Below, one piece after another: positions 21,945 through 34,601 of a DNA stretch of 64,000 nt. The translations under genes were made by a program, and so were the position numbers. Position 1 is the first letter of the stretch, and each line of letters starts with the position of its first letter. Source of the DNA: an uncultured cyanobacterium (GTDB lineage Bacteria; Cyanobacteriota; Cyanobacteriia; Cyanobacteriales; Nostocaceae). Under the pieces are notes generated by a model. The model was not told the DNA's origin, made no database searches, and worked only from the letters and a program-made list of their open reading frames with translations. The stretch lies in contig OY970166.1 in NCBI GenBank assembly GCA_963706595.1, positions 1,024,001 through 1,088,000 on the forward strand, written 5' to 3'.

Positions 21945-23477
21945 TTACCTTGGTCTTCCCAGTGTTGTCACATATATCACAGCTTCCTCTGAGGGAATGC
22001 CTAAAATCTCGTTTACTTGGTCGTCGAAGAAGCCACCGATACCACTGACACCTACACCCAGGTTAGTTGCGGCTAAGTTCAACCTTTGTCCTAAATGTCC
22101 CGCATCTGTATGTAAATAACGGTAAACGCGATCGCCATATTGTGCGATCGCAGTTTTAAGATCAGCTGTATGAAACAACACGGCGGCTGCATCTCTGCCT
22201 AAATCTTGCCCCAAGCAAAGAAAGTGTAACTCTCGTCGGAAGTTTTTGAAGCGAATTTGTCTTAATTCTTGGGCTTTAGGTGCGTAATAATAACAGCCTG
22301 ACTCCAAACCTTTCACCCCACTCACAGCAATAAATGTTTCAATTAAATTCAGGTCAAAATAGTCTGGAGAACTATCTAAACCTTGGTCGATGTAATTTTG
22401 TGGTTGATAGGTGAAATCGAGTAAACTTTTGAGTTCATCGAAGCTTAAATCATCACCACTGTAGGCGCGGGTAGAACGTCGCTTGTACATGGTGGTTTCC
22501 AAATCTGCCAGTTTTGTTCCCCAGGAAATCGGTGTGGTAGCTGTGGGAATTTTTAGACAGAAAGGAAAATTGTATTTATCTTCCAAGATTTTCTCTGACT
22601 TAACTCTTGGTAAATTCACCTTACCAGTTACACTTGGTTGAATTTGAGTGCGACGATGAAAATATTTCAGCAGTTCACCATCGGGAATGGGTGGATAATT
22701 AGTTTCGCTGGCTGAGGGTAAGGCTGTACATCCCACTGGTAAATTTTGTTGCACATCTAATAAGTCTGCCAGAGGTAGGACAGCGATCGCACCTTCTTGT
22801 TGCGAATCTATATATAGTAAATCATTGATAGCTTCATCCACAAAACCACCAATCAAGTGTGGGCGATAGTCATTCATCGCCGCAGCTAGCTCTATATTGC
22901 CCAGCAGATGCCCTGTATCTAAAAATATGCGACGATAGGCTCTATCTTCATATCGCCAGGCTGAACGATAAAAAACCCCAGTTATGACAATTGCCAATTG
23001 GGTATTTTCAACGGCTGGATGCCAAAAACAAGCTTCTTGCAAAGCTGGCCAAACATCGCTTTCCCAATAGTGCATTAAAGAATGAGTCCGACATTGGTAG
23101 TTATATAATCCCGGTGGTAATAACGGCGTACCACGGGAAACTAGATACACTTCCGCCGGATATAACCCCCCTGCACTGGGCGCAGCGCGTAAATATACCG
23201 CACTCCCCATTGAAGGCATTCTTGCCGTTAGTCCGTAACTGCGGAATAATAACCTTGAAAGTCTTTGCCACCATTGTGCATCTGGGTTATTAGCAAATGT
23301 CTCTGATGTGTCTTGGATGTAGGGTTTGAGGTCGAAAGTTGTCCCAATTTTGTACTCTTTAAACGGGACTGGCTGTTTAGCCCAGTCTAACCCCTGAGAT
23401 TTAGAGGCTAGAGTCTCAGGATCGTATTTAGTCCGTTCGTGGTAGTGTTGAGCGATGGATTCGCGTAGTTCTGGCAT
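21945..23477 (-). CDS. SagB/ThcOx-type nitroreductase-fold dehydrogenase (two domains)
   Basis: YHERTKY, RAAPSAGGLYP, RRSTR, DAGHLGQ. Confidence 0.88.
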   Translation of the reverse strand: MPELRESIAQHYHERTKYDPETLASKSQGLDWAKQPVPFKEYKIGTTFDLKPYIQDTSETFANNPDAQWWQRLSRLLFRSYGLTARMPSMGSAVYLRAAPSAGGLYPAEVYLVSRGTPLLPPGLYNYQCRTHSLMHYWESDVWPALQEACFWHPAVENTQLAIVITGVFYRSAWRYEDRAYRRIFLDTGHLLGNIELAAAMNDYRPHLIGGFVDEAINDLLYIDSQQEGAIAVLPLADLLDVQQNLPVGCTALPSASETNYPPIPDGELLKYFHRRTQIQPSVTGKVNLPRVKSEKILEDKYNFPFCLKIPTATTPISWGTKLADLETTMYKRRSTRAYSGDDLSFDELKSLLDFTYQPQNYIDQGLDSSPDYFDLNLIETFIAVSGVKGLESGCYYYAPKAQELRQIRFKNFRRELHFLCLGQDLGRDAAAVLFHTADLKTAIAQYGDRVYRYLHTDAGHLGQRLNLAATNLGVGVSGIGGFFDDQVNEILGIPSEEAVIYVTTLGRPR

Positions 23478-23589
23478 ATTAATTTCAATACTCTTGGCTT
23501 CCTCCTTTTGATCTTGACATTCATCAGCCTCATTGTTTCGTGTTAATTAGTACAAACTGTAAACTCATTATGTGATTTCAGGAAATTCG

Positions 23590-24522
23590 TTAATCGGAAT
23601 GAGTTGATTCTGGGATATCTGCCAAAATTGACCTCTGGGTTCGTCGCCAACGAATAACGCCATAGATACCCGCAGCTAAAATGAACCACACGGGACTGTA
23701 AACCATGAACCAAATACCCAATTTCAACAAGCCTACACTCAATTTACCTAATGAATCAGTGGAGTTATTCCAGGTTTCTTGAATTTGGGATGCTAAGGTA
23801 ATCTGGGGACTGCTGCTAGATATCGCTGCTTCTAGGTTCAGGGTAATGGTGGAGTATGCAACTTGATTTTTTAAGCTTTTTAATTGAGCATCAATTTGTT
23901 CTATGGATTGTCGGACGTTATTCAATTGTTGAGCAACACTTAGCACATCTCTAATGGAACCCGCCCGATCCATAATTTTTTGCAAATTGGCTTCAGTTCG
24001 TTGCAGGTTATTTAATCTGGCTTGGAAATCCACCAAGCGATCGCCCACATCTTCTGCGGTAATATTACGATTACTCACAGTGCCTAATTTAGCTAATTCT
24101 TTGATGGTAGGTTCTAGAAGGTTTTGGGGAACTCGCAGCGTCATTGATGCAGTATGGCGAGAAGTTTCCCGTGTCGGCTGACGTTCGTTTAAACTGATTA
24201 AATCCCCTTGTTGTTGATTAATAATTTGGGAGACAGCATCGATACTCTGACTAACAGAGTCAACAATTACAGTCATTGCAGCCTTTTTAATCAGTTGAGG
24301 CCGGGCGCGGGGTACTGGTGCAGCTTCCGCCTGTTGGGGCATACTTTCACTAATTGTAGGTGGTGCTGCGGCTGAATTCTCAAGGCGAGCGCTCGAAGAC
24401 AAAGCCGAATCCAAAGATGGCTGCACAGAAGAAGCACAACTACTAAATATCACCCCACCCAATAAAGCACTCACCAACACAACAGATTTTTGTGGCGATT
24501 TCGTCGAGACTTGCATAATCAA
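23590..24522 (-). CDS. DUF4349-domain lipoprotein
   Basis: Lipobox-like FSSC, LRVP, EDV..R.VD, coiled coil and C-terminal TM helix. Confidence 0.8.
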   Translation of the reverse strand: MIMQVSTKSPQKSVVLVSALLGGVIFSSCASSVQPSLDSALSSSARLENSAAAPPTISESMPQQAEAAPVPRARPQLIKKAAMTVIVDSVSQSIDAVSQIINQQQGDLISLNERQPTRETSRHTASMTLRVPQNLLEPTIKELAKLGTVSNRNITAEDVGDRLVDFQARLNNLQRTEANLQKIMDRAGSIRDVLSVAQQLNNVRQSIEQIDAQLKSLKNQVAYSTITLNLEAAISSSSPQITLASQIQETWNNSTDSLGKLSVGLLKLGIWFMVYSPVWFILAAGIYGVIRWRRTQRSILADIPESTHSD

Positions 24523-24741
24523 CCCCCAGATAGGTGAAACTAATTTCAGTATGGCTGGGGAAACAACTCAAACTTGGTATGGTTGCGATTTATGTAACAC
24601 AAAAGAGGCTCAGATCCCCGACTTCTTGAAGAAGTCGGGGATCTTTCTTGCTATTCGATAAACCACCCCATAGATGAATTGTCAAAAATCCCTAAGTAAT
24701 TACTAAATTAGGTAATGGTATTGCAAACTAAAACGAAAAAC

Positions 24742-26740
<1,999 letters not shown>

Positions 26741-26870
26741 ATAAGGTACATCTTAGCCCCCTCATCGCTTGCGGGGAGGGGGTTGGGGGTGGGGTTCTTA
26801 TACCTCATAACACCGGGAAGTGCTGTACAGATATCATTCATCATTTACGGGGATATTGGTAAACCCGCCC

Positions 26871-27632
26871 CTACGAATAACCCAAAAAAGAATTTATCCT
26901 AGCTACAGCATAGCGGACGCTTTTTTCATCAGTATATTCGGGATTAATGGGAATCTCATCGAAAGATTGCAGCACAATCACAATGCGATAACGTTTACCA
27001 TATTTAAATTGCTTATCTCGAATCTCCAAACGCAGAATATTTTCTAGTGGTTCCTCAATAACTTGCTGAACACGTAAACTTTTTCGCTCTATAAATACCT
27101 GATTCAGACTTTTGTAGAAAATACAATTAGTCATAGGTGTTGTTAATGCAACAGCACTAATAGCTATTCCAATTAACATACTTACATTTTTAACAAACAG
27201 TAGTTGACGTTGATTTTGTGCTACCAATAAAGACATTTGTCCAGAATTAATAAAGGTGTTAATTTGCTGGGAATCTCGCTGATTGTTTCCATAGTTCCGA
27301 CTAGATATCAGTTCCCGTTCTCCCACAGGAGTCACAATGACGACGCGATAAATTTTACTCCTGCTACTTCTGGTGGTTTTTACGTATGCGCTATGAATAT
27401 CAAAAATTCTTAGCCTCTGTCTCCTTCCCAGCAAACTAGACCGCCTCAATTCACAGTTAATTTCATTAGATAAAGGGCGTTGACAAGTAAGACTAGCGGC
27501 TGCAAATTCAAACCACAAGAAGTAAATTAAAAAAACCAAACAGCCAATAAAAAATGACCCTCCAAACAACCATACACGAATCGGTCGGTGCTTGAGTCGT
27601 AATCTAGTACGCGTTTCTTCGACAATTTCCAT
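26871..27632 (-). CDS. hypothetical membrane protein
   Basis: Two hydrophobic segments and an internally repeated YR(V/I)VIV..E module. Confidence 0.65.
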   Translation of the reverse strand: MEIVEETRTRLRLKHRPIRVWLFGGSFFIGCLVFLIYFLWFEFAAASLTCQRPLSNEINCELRRSSLLGRRQRLRIFDIHSAYVKTTRSSRSKIYRVVIVTPVGERELISSRNYGNNQRDSQQINTFINSGQMSLLVAQNQRQLLFVKNVSMLIGIAISAVALTTPMTNCIFYKSLNQVFIERKSLRVQQVIEEPLENILRLEIRDKQFKYGKRYRIVIVLQSFDEIPINPEYTDEKSVRYAVARINSFLGYS

Positions 27633-27668
27633 GAATATTGGTATATAAAAGACTTAACTTATAATTTG

Positions 27669-27677
27669 AGTATTCCC
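27669..27677 (-). promoter_or_regulatory. J-box-like element GGGAATACT (candidate SigJ-dependent promoter)
   Basis: Exact nonamer on the minus strand, 36 nt upstream of the ATG at 27632. Confidence 0.5.
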
Positions 27678-27705
27678 TTCCAAGTCAGTTTACCAATCAA
27701 TAAAT

Positions 27706-28542
27706 ATGCCAAAAACACACCTTAACCCGGCAAAGCAGCAACATCACAGGCTGATAAGTCTATTATTCCTGGCTTGCTTCCTGGGGATGCAAAATACAGC
27801 ACAAGCACAGTCTCAGCCACCAGCTAAACTGTTGCCATTTTTCGATAATATCAATAACCCGATTCCTGTAAGATTCCCCAGAGGGCAGAGATTAGACATA
27901 ACACCACCCGCACCACTGCTAAATCCCTTTGACAAAGCTGTTCTCAATATCTGTGGTCCCATAGGAACAAGAGTTAACCGGAATAAATTTAAACAGTTGT
28001 TGTCCTCTTACCCAGGTGTATTACAGAAACTTCAAACAGTTAGCGGCGGCGAAATTCGTCCAGGACGCAGGAATAAAACCCAATTTATCGCAGATTTAAC
28101 CGATGTTTGGTTTAAAAATCGGGGGTTTGAACATATTTTTTGTGGCGAACTTAAGAGCGATAATAAAATTGGTGGCTTGCATTTTTATGGGAGATATTTA
28201 CAGTTACAAAATCAAGGAATTGGCGGACGCTTACCGAATAATCAGAGGCGTGAGGAAGTTGTTCCTGGTGTCATTTATACAATGGGTGTGGTAATTAACC
28301 AAGGAAACCGCACATTTACAGATGTGATTAAAGGCTATAGTTATCTGAGTAATGCTCAAGAATTGCTTGTAGATGCTACCCAAATTTTTAAGCTCCAAGG
28401 AAATTCTGAAGGAGCGTGTATTTTTAATCTCCGAGACCAAGATACTGGCAAAACTTTTCCTAAAGTTTTTGTGCGGAGACAACAGGCTATAGTTACCTTC
28501 TATCCTGATGCTACTCCCCAAGGTGCAAACTGTAAAAGATAA
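27706..28542 (+). CDS. secreted bacterial EndoU-type nuclease
   Basis: Signal peptide, GFEHIFCGE..IGGLHF, C-terminal TFYP. Confidence 0.8.
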   Translation: MPKTHLNPAKQQHHRLISLLFLACFLGMQNTAQAQSQPPAKLLPFFDNINNPIPVRFPRGQRLDITPPAPLLNPFDKAVLNICGPIGTRVNRNKFKQLLSSYPGVLQKLQTVSGGEIRPGRRNKTQFIADLTDVWFKNRGFEHIFCGELKSDNKIGGLHFYGRYLQLQNQGIGGRLPNNQRREEVVPGVIYTMGVVINQGNRTFTDVIKGYSYLSNAQELLVDATQIFKLQGNSEGACIFNLRDQDTGKTFPKVFVRRQQAIVTFYPDATPQGANCKR

Positions 28543-28548
28543 TTTCCT

Positions 28549-28568
28549 TCTTTGAGCTACCTCAAAGA
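28549..28568. promoter_or_regulatory. Crp/Fnr-type operator TCTTTGAG-CTAC-CTCAAAGA
   Basis: Perfect 8-bp arms with a 4-nt spacer. TTGA-N6-TCAA core as in FNR boxes. 56 nt upstream of the methyltransferase ATG. Confidence 0.6.
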
Positions 28569-28624
28569 CAGCAGCATAAATTTATGACAAATTGAGGATA
28601 TAAGCAGTTCGGAGGGTTACAGAG

Positions 28625-29401
28625 ATGACCAACGCTATCCTCAATTTCCAAACAGCTTCGGGACACCAAGTTTTAGCCGCAGCAGGTAAAAAATATCTGC
28701 GTCCTGGTGGAAGAATAGCAACAGAAAAATTATGCCAATGGGCGAATTTTCAGCCCGGTGAAACAGTTTTAGAATTAGCTTCTAGCTTTGGATACAGTGC
28801 AATATCTCTAGCGCAACGCTACCATGTGAAAGTAGTAGGGATAGAAAAAAATCCTGAGAGTGTAGTTCGTGCGCGTGAAAACGTCTGCGCTGCTGGTTTA
28901 GAAAACCAAATTGAAATCATTGAAGGTGATATTTTTCATCTGGATGTCATACCAGAAAAGTTTGATTATGTTTTAGCTGAAGCCATTCTCACAATGCAGT
29001 CTCCAGCCGGAAAAGCCAAGATTTTGCAGGGAATTCACAACCGACTGAAAGCAGGAGGTAAGTTTCTCTCCCATGAATTATTAGCAACTGACAAAGAAGA
29101 AAAAATTAGTGCAGATTTAGCAAAAGTAATTCGAGTTAATTCTACACCACTTTCAGCCGATAACTGGATTGGGGCTTGTGCAGAAGCAGGATTAGAAGTA
29201 GATAAACATCAAACTGGAAAGATGAGTTTATTGGACTTAAGGAAGATGTTTCAAGATGAAGGTATTTTTAACACCATCCAGATTTTGTGGAATATTCTGA
29301 CGCAAAAATCTATCCGCAGAAGAGTATTAGAAATGCGCCATATTTTCCAAAAATACCATCAAGAATTAGGCTATATCATTCTGTGCGCTGTTGCTCAATA
29401 G
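28625..29401 (+). CDS. class I SAM-dependent methyltransferase
   Basis: LRPGG, VLELASSFG, FDYVLAEA. Confidence 0.88.
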   Translation: MTNAILNFQTASGHQVLAAAGKKYLRPGGRIATEKLCQWANFQPGETVLELASSFGYSAISLAQRYHVKVVGIEKNPESVVRARENVCAAGLENQIEIIEGDIFHLDVIPEKFDYVLAEAILTMQSPAGKAKILQGIHNRLKAGGKFLSHELLATDKEEKISADLAKVIRVNSTPLSADNWIGACAEAGLEVDKHQTGKMSLLDLRKMFQDEGIFNTIQILWNILTQKSIRRRVLEMRHIFQKYHQELGYIILCAVAQ

Positions 29402-29566
29402 CTAGCCATACCATTTCCTTAATTCCTTCCTTCATTTCTTCTTTGTGTACTTTGCGGTATGCGCTGCGCGCACGCTACGCGAACATTCCTCCAAACTACA
29501 CCACACCAGCTATCATGCAGATTTGATATTAATCCTGAAAATACCTCAAATCAAAACCTAAAAAAT

Positions 29567-29908
29567 ATGACTAATCAAATAACAAAAAACCAATCTCTAA
29601 TTACCCAATTGCGAGAACAAATTGAATATCCTCATTCTGGCGTTCTCAGCAAGGTGATAACTCAAGATAAAGCTTGTCAATATACTTTATTTTGTTTAGC
29701 AGCTACAACTGATATTTCTGAGCATACTTCTACTCGCAATGCAACTGTTAATGTCTTGGAAGGTAGAGGTGTACTCACCTTATTAGGCGAAGATATTACC
29801 CTTGAACCTGGGGTTTTTGTATTTATGCCTGCTCATGCACCTCACGCTTTAAAAGCAGAGGAAAATTTAGCTTTTTTACTCACACTTTCTGAAAAAGTAG
29901 ATAAATAA
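29567..29908 (+). CDS. cupin domain protein
   Basis: ISEHT..VLEG.G and MPAHAPHAL. Confidence 0.88.
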   Translation: MTNQITKNQSLITQLREQIEYPHSGVLSKVITQDKACQYTLFCLAATTDISEHTSTRNATVNVLEGRGVLTLLGEDITLEPGVFVFMPAHAPHALKAEENLAFLLTLSEKVDK

Positions 29909-29923
29909 TAGGAACTTTACCAA

Positions 29924-30418
29924 ATGTCAATGTTAATTTCAACTTTCACCCAGCACTTAGATATTTCTCCAATTCAATTAGAAGCTATCTTCACAAAATC
30001 CCTAATTGAGTTACTTAATTCACCTGAAGTACAAGCAAAACTAAATAGTTTAGATACCAATTTGCTCAGAGAAACTTTACCTACAGCCGGGGCAGTTTTA
30101 GCGAAAGAATTACCGCCTTTTTACCACTGGCTGAAAAGCGAGTTAGGTGTCAACCGCGTTCCTGATAGCCCAGATCATACGACAAAATGGGTAATTGATT
30201 TTGTAAATAATCAAGAAAGTTTAACTCGTTTAGTTGAGTTGCATCGTCCAGTTCCCGGACAGGCTTTAGAAGCTGCTATTCCTCGGTTGGTGGGCGTGTT
30301 TGCAGGTGTGGAAGATGAGTGCATTAGACAAGAATGGCAAAAGGCTGTGGCTGCACTTTGTTTAGTTTTAGTTGTCGCATCTCGTGAACAAGAGAGGTTA
30401 AATTTAGCAGTTGGTTGA
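29924..30418 (+). CDS. hypothetical protein
   Basis: Long ORF 15 nt after the cupin gene, with an RBS-like AGGA. Confidence 0.7.
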   Translation: MSMLISTFTQHLDISPIQLEAIFTKSLIELLNSPEVQAKLNSLDTNLLRETLPTAGAVLAKELPPFYHWLKSELGVNRVPDSPDHTTKWVIDFVNNQESLTRLVELHRPVPGQALEAAIPRLVGVFAGVEDECIRQEWQKAVAALCLVLVVASREQERLNLAVG

Positions 30419-30636
30419 AGTAGGATAAAAGTTAGTTGTGATGAGCCGGTTCATTACAACTAGATTTAATTAAATGTGAATAATTATGACTATTGGGAAC
30501 AATACAAGAACCCCACCCCCAACCCCCTCCCCGCAAGCGAGGAGGGGGCTATGATAGATATATATTGTATATAGTTTGTATTATTAGGAAAGGCTACAAC
30601 GTGGTAGACTGACACAGCGAAAATAATGTATTAGAC

Positions 30637-30709
30637 GTAGGTTGGGTTAAGCGCAGCGCAACCCAACGCTGCCAATGATGTTGGGTTTGGTTACGTCAGC
30701 CCAACCTAC
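30637..30709. repeat. GTAG-type REP doublet (GTAGGTTGGG...CCCAACCTAC)
   Basis: Near-identical copies at 55802-55874 and 58058-58130. Confidence 0.85.
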
Positions 30710-30718
30710 AATTATGAT

Positions 30719-31420
30719 TTAATCATCTATATTTCCAGATGCGATCGCCTCTAATTTCTCCCTATCCAATATAATAATTTTACCACCCCGACTATAGGCA
30801 ACTACGGAATTTAAACTTTTAATTAATCGCAGACATTCTTCGTAAGTAATCCCAATACTCCGCGCCATCCGATAGTAAGTTAATTTAACTTTTAAAATCT
30901 CACCTTGGGAACTAGTTTCGGTTCCTGATGTGTCAGCAAAATATTGGATTAATCTAGTCAGGCGAATAATTGCTCTTTCGGAAACTAATCCATGTACTGT
31001 TTCATGTAGTTGCTGAATCCGAGTGTTAAAAACCATCAACATCCGTAAGGCAATTTCTGGTTGATTTTGGATGGCTTGGAGTAAAGCATCACGTTGGACG
31101 GTGAGAATTTCACAATCGCATTCAGCAGTTACGGTTGCTGGTGAAATCCCATTTCCTAAAAGTGCAGGTGCGGCGAAAATTTCCCCAGCATTTAGTCCCC
31201 GCAAAATGGTTTCTTTGCCTGTGGTTGCTGTTTTGGTGACTTGAATTGCACCACTGACTACAGCATATAACTTTGCGGGTAGGCGATCGCCTTCATGCAG
31301 AATAATCTCTCCTTTGCTGTAACTTTGCACCAAGGTGTCAGGTTGCAGTTTTAACTTGTCTGCGGTTTCTAATCCAGCAAACACGATAATTTCTGAGAGT
31401 TGTGCTAAAGATGCCTGCAT
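30719..31420 (-). CDS. Crp/Fnr family transcriptional regulator
   Basis: cNMP-binding beta-barrel (GEIF) and C-terminal HTH (MARSIGITYEECLRL). Confidence 0.9.
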   Translation of the reverse strand: MQASLAQLSEIIVFAGLETADKLKLQPDTLVQSYSKGEIILHEGDRLPAKLYAVVSGAIQVTKTATTGKETILRGLNAGEIFAAPALLGNGISPATVTAECDCEILTVQRDALLQAIQNQPEIALRMLMVFNTRIQQLHETVHGLVSERAIIRLTRLIQYFADTSGTETSSQGEILKVKLTYYRMARSIGITYEECLRLIKSLNSVVAYSRGGKIIILDREKLEAIASGNIDD

Positions 31421-31422
31421 AA

Positions 31423-32826
31423 TTAAGCTACAGTTGCCAAGGCGGGACGATGTTGAATCCAGGGATTTGCGGCTTCTAGTTGCGCCGCCAGACTGATTAA
31501 AGTCGCCTCTGCCGCAGGTTTGCCAATCAGCTGTACACTCATGGGTAAGCCATGACTATCAAATCCTACCGGAAGTGCGATCGCAGGTTGTCCGGTAGCG
31601 TTAAAGGCTGGACAAGGTGCAACCCAGTGGATAATTTTTTGGAATGTCTCTTCTGGACTCAAATTAGCCCATTCTCCCACCCGAATCGGGGAATGCAGAT
31701 AAACGGGTAATATTAGTACATCTACGGTATCGAAAAACGCCACAATTTGCCTAGCAACAATTTGCATTTGGGAAACAGCCCGGAGGTATTCACCCACGGA
31801 ACCTGTGCGCGAGAACAGCAACTGATTCACTGGCTGTAACGCCTCAATGGGGATTCCAGAAGCCGCTACCGCACCTTGCCAGACGGTTTGAAAAGGTTCG
31901 ACTAAATCAGTCAAATCAGGGCATTTCTCTACTATTGTGTGACCAAATTCTGCTAATAATTTGACTGTTTGCAGTACCCCTTGCTGACAATTAGCATCAG
32001 CCTCGCCCAAGGGAGGGATATTTGTACTAAAGGCAATTCGCAATTTACCGAGTTTTTCGGTAGTAGCAGCGAGAAATGAGGGTTCAGGGTTAGGCAACCA
32101 GTAAGGATCACCGGTGAAGTAGCCAGACATGACATCTAAAAGGGCAGCAGCATCAGCCACAGTCCGGGCAATTGGTCCATTGGTAGCAATTCCCGCTAGG
32201 CGATTGCCTACGGGCGCATGAGTGACTCTACCGCGTGATGGTTTGATGCCTACCAAACCACAGCAAGCCGCAGGCCCCCGCACTGAACCGCCACCATCGG
32301 AACCCTGCGCGATCGCACATAATCCTGCTGCTACGGCTGCTGCTGCGCCGCCACTGGAACCGCCGGGAGTGTATTCTAAATTCCAAGGATTTCTAGCTGG
32401 GGGAAAACCTGTAGGCTCAGTGTAAGGAAAAGAACCTAACTCTGAGGTGGCAGTTTTACCGAGAATAGTAAATCCAGCTTGCTTAATCCGAGTTACTACC
32501 CCATCATCGTAGTTAGGAATATTTTCTATTAATGCTGGATGACCGTAATTACACGGTATCCCTGCCACGGCATTGAGGTCTTTAATGGAAATCGGCACAC
32601 CAAAAAATGGCGGTAGTTCTGAGGTAGTTGTCAGTGTCTCTGTTTTGACTTTAGCATCTGCGATCGCCAATTCTGCTGCCACCGTAAAGTAACTTCCCAG
32701 TTGGGGGTTCAATTGCGAAATCCTGTCTAAATATAATTCCACCAACTCTAACGGCGACACTTCCCGGCGACGAATCAAGTTGGCTAATTCTAGGGCTGGG
32801 GTAAAAGCTAAATCAATTTCATTCAT
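31423..32826 (-). CDS. amidase
   Basis: GGSSGG and [12 protein letters not shown] amidase signature. Confidence 0.93.
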   Translation of the reverse strand: MNEIDLAFTPALELANLIRRREVSPLELVELYLDRISQLNPQLGSYFTVAAELAIADAKVKTETLTTTSELPPFFGVPISIKDLNAVAGIPCNYGHPALIENIPNYDDGVVTRIKQAGFTILGKTATSELGSFPYTEPTGFPPARNPWNLEYTPGGSSGGAAAAVAAGLCAIAQGSDGGGSVRGPAACCGLVGIKPSRGRVTHAPVGNRLAGIATNGPIARTVADAAALLDVMSGYFTGDPYWLPNPEPSFLAATTEKLGKLRIAFSTNIPPLGEADANCQQGVLQTVKLLAEFGHTIVEKCPDLTDLVEPFQTVWQGAVAASGIPIEALQPVNQLLFSRTGSVGEYLRAVSQMQIVARQIVAFFDTVDVLILPVYLHSPIRVGEWANLSPEETFQKIIHWVAPCPAFNATGQPAIALPVGFDSHGLPMSVQLIGKPAAEATLISLAAQLEAANPWIQHRPALATVA

Positions 32827-33039
32827 AAGTTAGTTGATGGGCTATTTTGTCAATTGCTGAAATTTTTCCCGGAAAATCGTTACTTTTATCCCATGTCCGG
32901 GAATCATGTAATATATAGATCCTCAAATTTGTCAATCAATCACAAGGCATAACTTGAATAGGCAGGGTGACATTCTTATTACTGCATAGTTATTTTAATT
33001 GTTTCGGATCAAATTTCGACAAATCGCCAAGGGATATTT

Positions 33040-34560
33040 ATGGCTAACTTAGAAAAAATTTTTGATGAATTACCCCAACTTGTTCTTCATCTGAAGTTGA
33101 ATCTTGGGAATTCACACGAAATTATGGAACAAATTATCCTGATTAATAATATTCAGGATCAACTACGTCTCCAGCAAAAAACCATTATTGAAGAACTCAG
33201 CTTTGTCAAACTTAATAATTATTCAATTCATACCCTCCCTCGTATTGGTACAATAGCAAGTCTGTTTCTGACTCATATTTGTGTATTAGAGACAGATACT
33301 AATGCTAGAACAAAATATATTACCGCAAAATTTGGCAATCCTTACACAGAAATATCACTTAATGACTTACAATCAAAAATTGATTATTGGATTGAATGGG
33401 GTGATCTTCTTCATGTTATATCTGCCGATATTTTAAATAAACCTGAATTAGTCAGTCAACTAAATTCTGATAGTCATTATGCCAATTTACCTGTTCAAGT
33501 GCAAAAAGTTAGTCAAAACTTAAAATTTAACTTAGCATTTACCAACCCTGAGATTTTACAGCAGCAACTCCAGCAACTTAACAATACTCAAGCAGAAGCT
33601 TTGCAGGTAAAAGAGAAATTAAATTATATTTTTAATACAATTAAGAGTAGCCCTGATTTGTTAACAATTTTGTTAGGTGTATCATCTTTTTGTGGTAAAT
33701 CTGGCTTGAGCTTAGAATGGTGGGATGATGATCAAGAATTAATTATATCTAGTGATGGTAAATTTCATGAATTAACAGATATTCTCAATGAATCTGAAAA
33801 ATTACAGGAAACTATTAATACTTTAATTATCAAGATTAATACTTTAACACAACAGGCAGAACATTCACTGAGACAGTTTACACCAGAAACTCCGCCAGAA
33901 CCAGAAACTCCGCCAAAAGCAATCATTCATCATCCAAAAAAAGTCATACCAAAAAATAGATCATCAAAAGTATTTCCTCTGAATTTAACCATAGTTTCAA
34001 GTTTACTATTCTTGGTTTTTAGTGGCTGGATAATTAATCACAAAGTTCCATTTTTTCAGCAAACAATATTGATTTCCAGTCAGGAAACCACAGCAGCTAC
34101 TAACTTTAAATCTGCCCTCAGACTTGGTTTAGAAGCTTCCAATTTGGTAAAAAATCCGCCGCATTCTTTAAGCCTATGGGAACAAGCAGAAACCAAATGG
34201 GAACAAGCAATAGAATTGTTAACCACTATCCCTGAAGGTACATCTGTGTATACTCCCGCAACTGAGAGATTAGTTGTCTATCGCCTTAACCGAACTGCTA
34301 TCAATAAAAGAGCATTAAGCGAAAAACAAGCCCAAGAAAATTTCCAACAAGCCCAAAAGTTGGCAACAGAAGCTACTTTTTTTGTAAAAAGTTCACCTCA
34401 ATCATTGTCAAATTTAACCGAAGCAAAAAATAAATTACAGCAAGCAATCAATATTTTAGAAAATATTCCCAAAAGTGTCTCTATTTATCAACAAGCTCAA
34501 GAAATGCTTCCTACTTATAAAACTAGCTATGCAAGTATTAAGATTATCATTAAAGATTAA
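33040..34560 (+). CDS. hypothetical membrane-anchored protein with coiled coil and helical repeats
   Basis: Long ORF with one TM segment and repeated W..AI..L..IP....Y..A helices. Confidence 0.7.
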   Translation: MANLEKIFDELPQLVLHLKLNLGNSHEIMEQIILINNIQDQLRLQQKTIIEELSFVKLNNYSIHTLPRIGTIASLFLTHICVLETDTNARTKYITAKFGNPYTEISLNDLQSKIDYWIEWGDLLHVISADILNKPELVSQLNSDSHYANLPVQVQKVSQNLKFNLAFTNPEILQQQLQQLNNTQAEALQVKEKLNYIFNTIKSSPDLLTILLGVSSFCGKSGLSLEWWDDDQELIISSDGKFHELTDILNESEKLQETINTLIIKINTLTQQAEHSLRQFTPETPPEPETPPKAIIHHPKKVIPKNRSSKVFPLNLTIVSSLLFLVFSGWIINHKVPFFQQTILISSQETTAATNFKSALRLGLEASNLVKNPPHSLSLWEQAETKWEQAIELLTTIPEGTSVYTPATERLVVYRLNRTAINKRALSEKQAQENFQQAQKLATEATFFVKSSPQSLSNLTEAKNKLQQAINILENIPKSVSIYQQAQEMLPTYKTSYASIKIIIKD

Positions 34561-34601
34561 GTTTTTATCCAACTCAACATGAAAACTGCTTGCAGAAAAG
34601 A

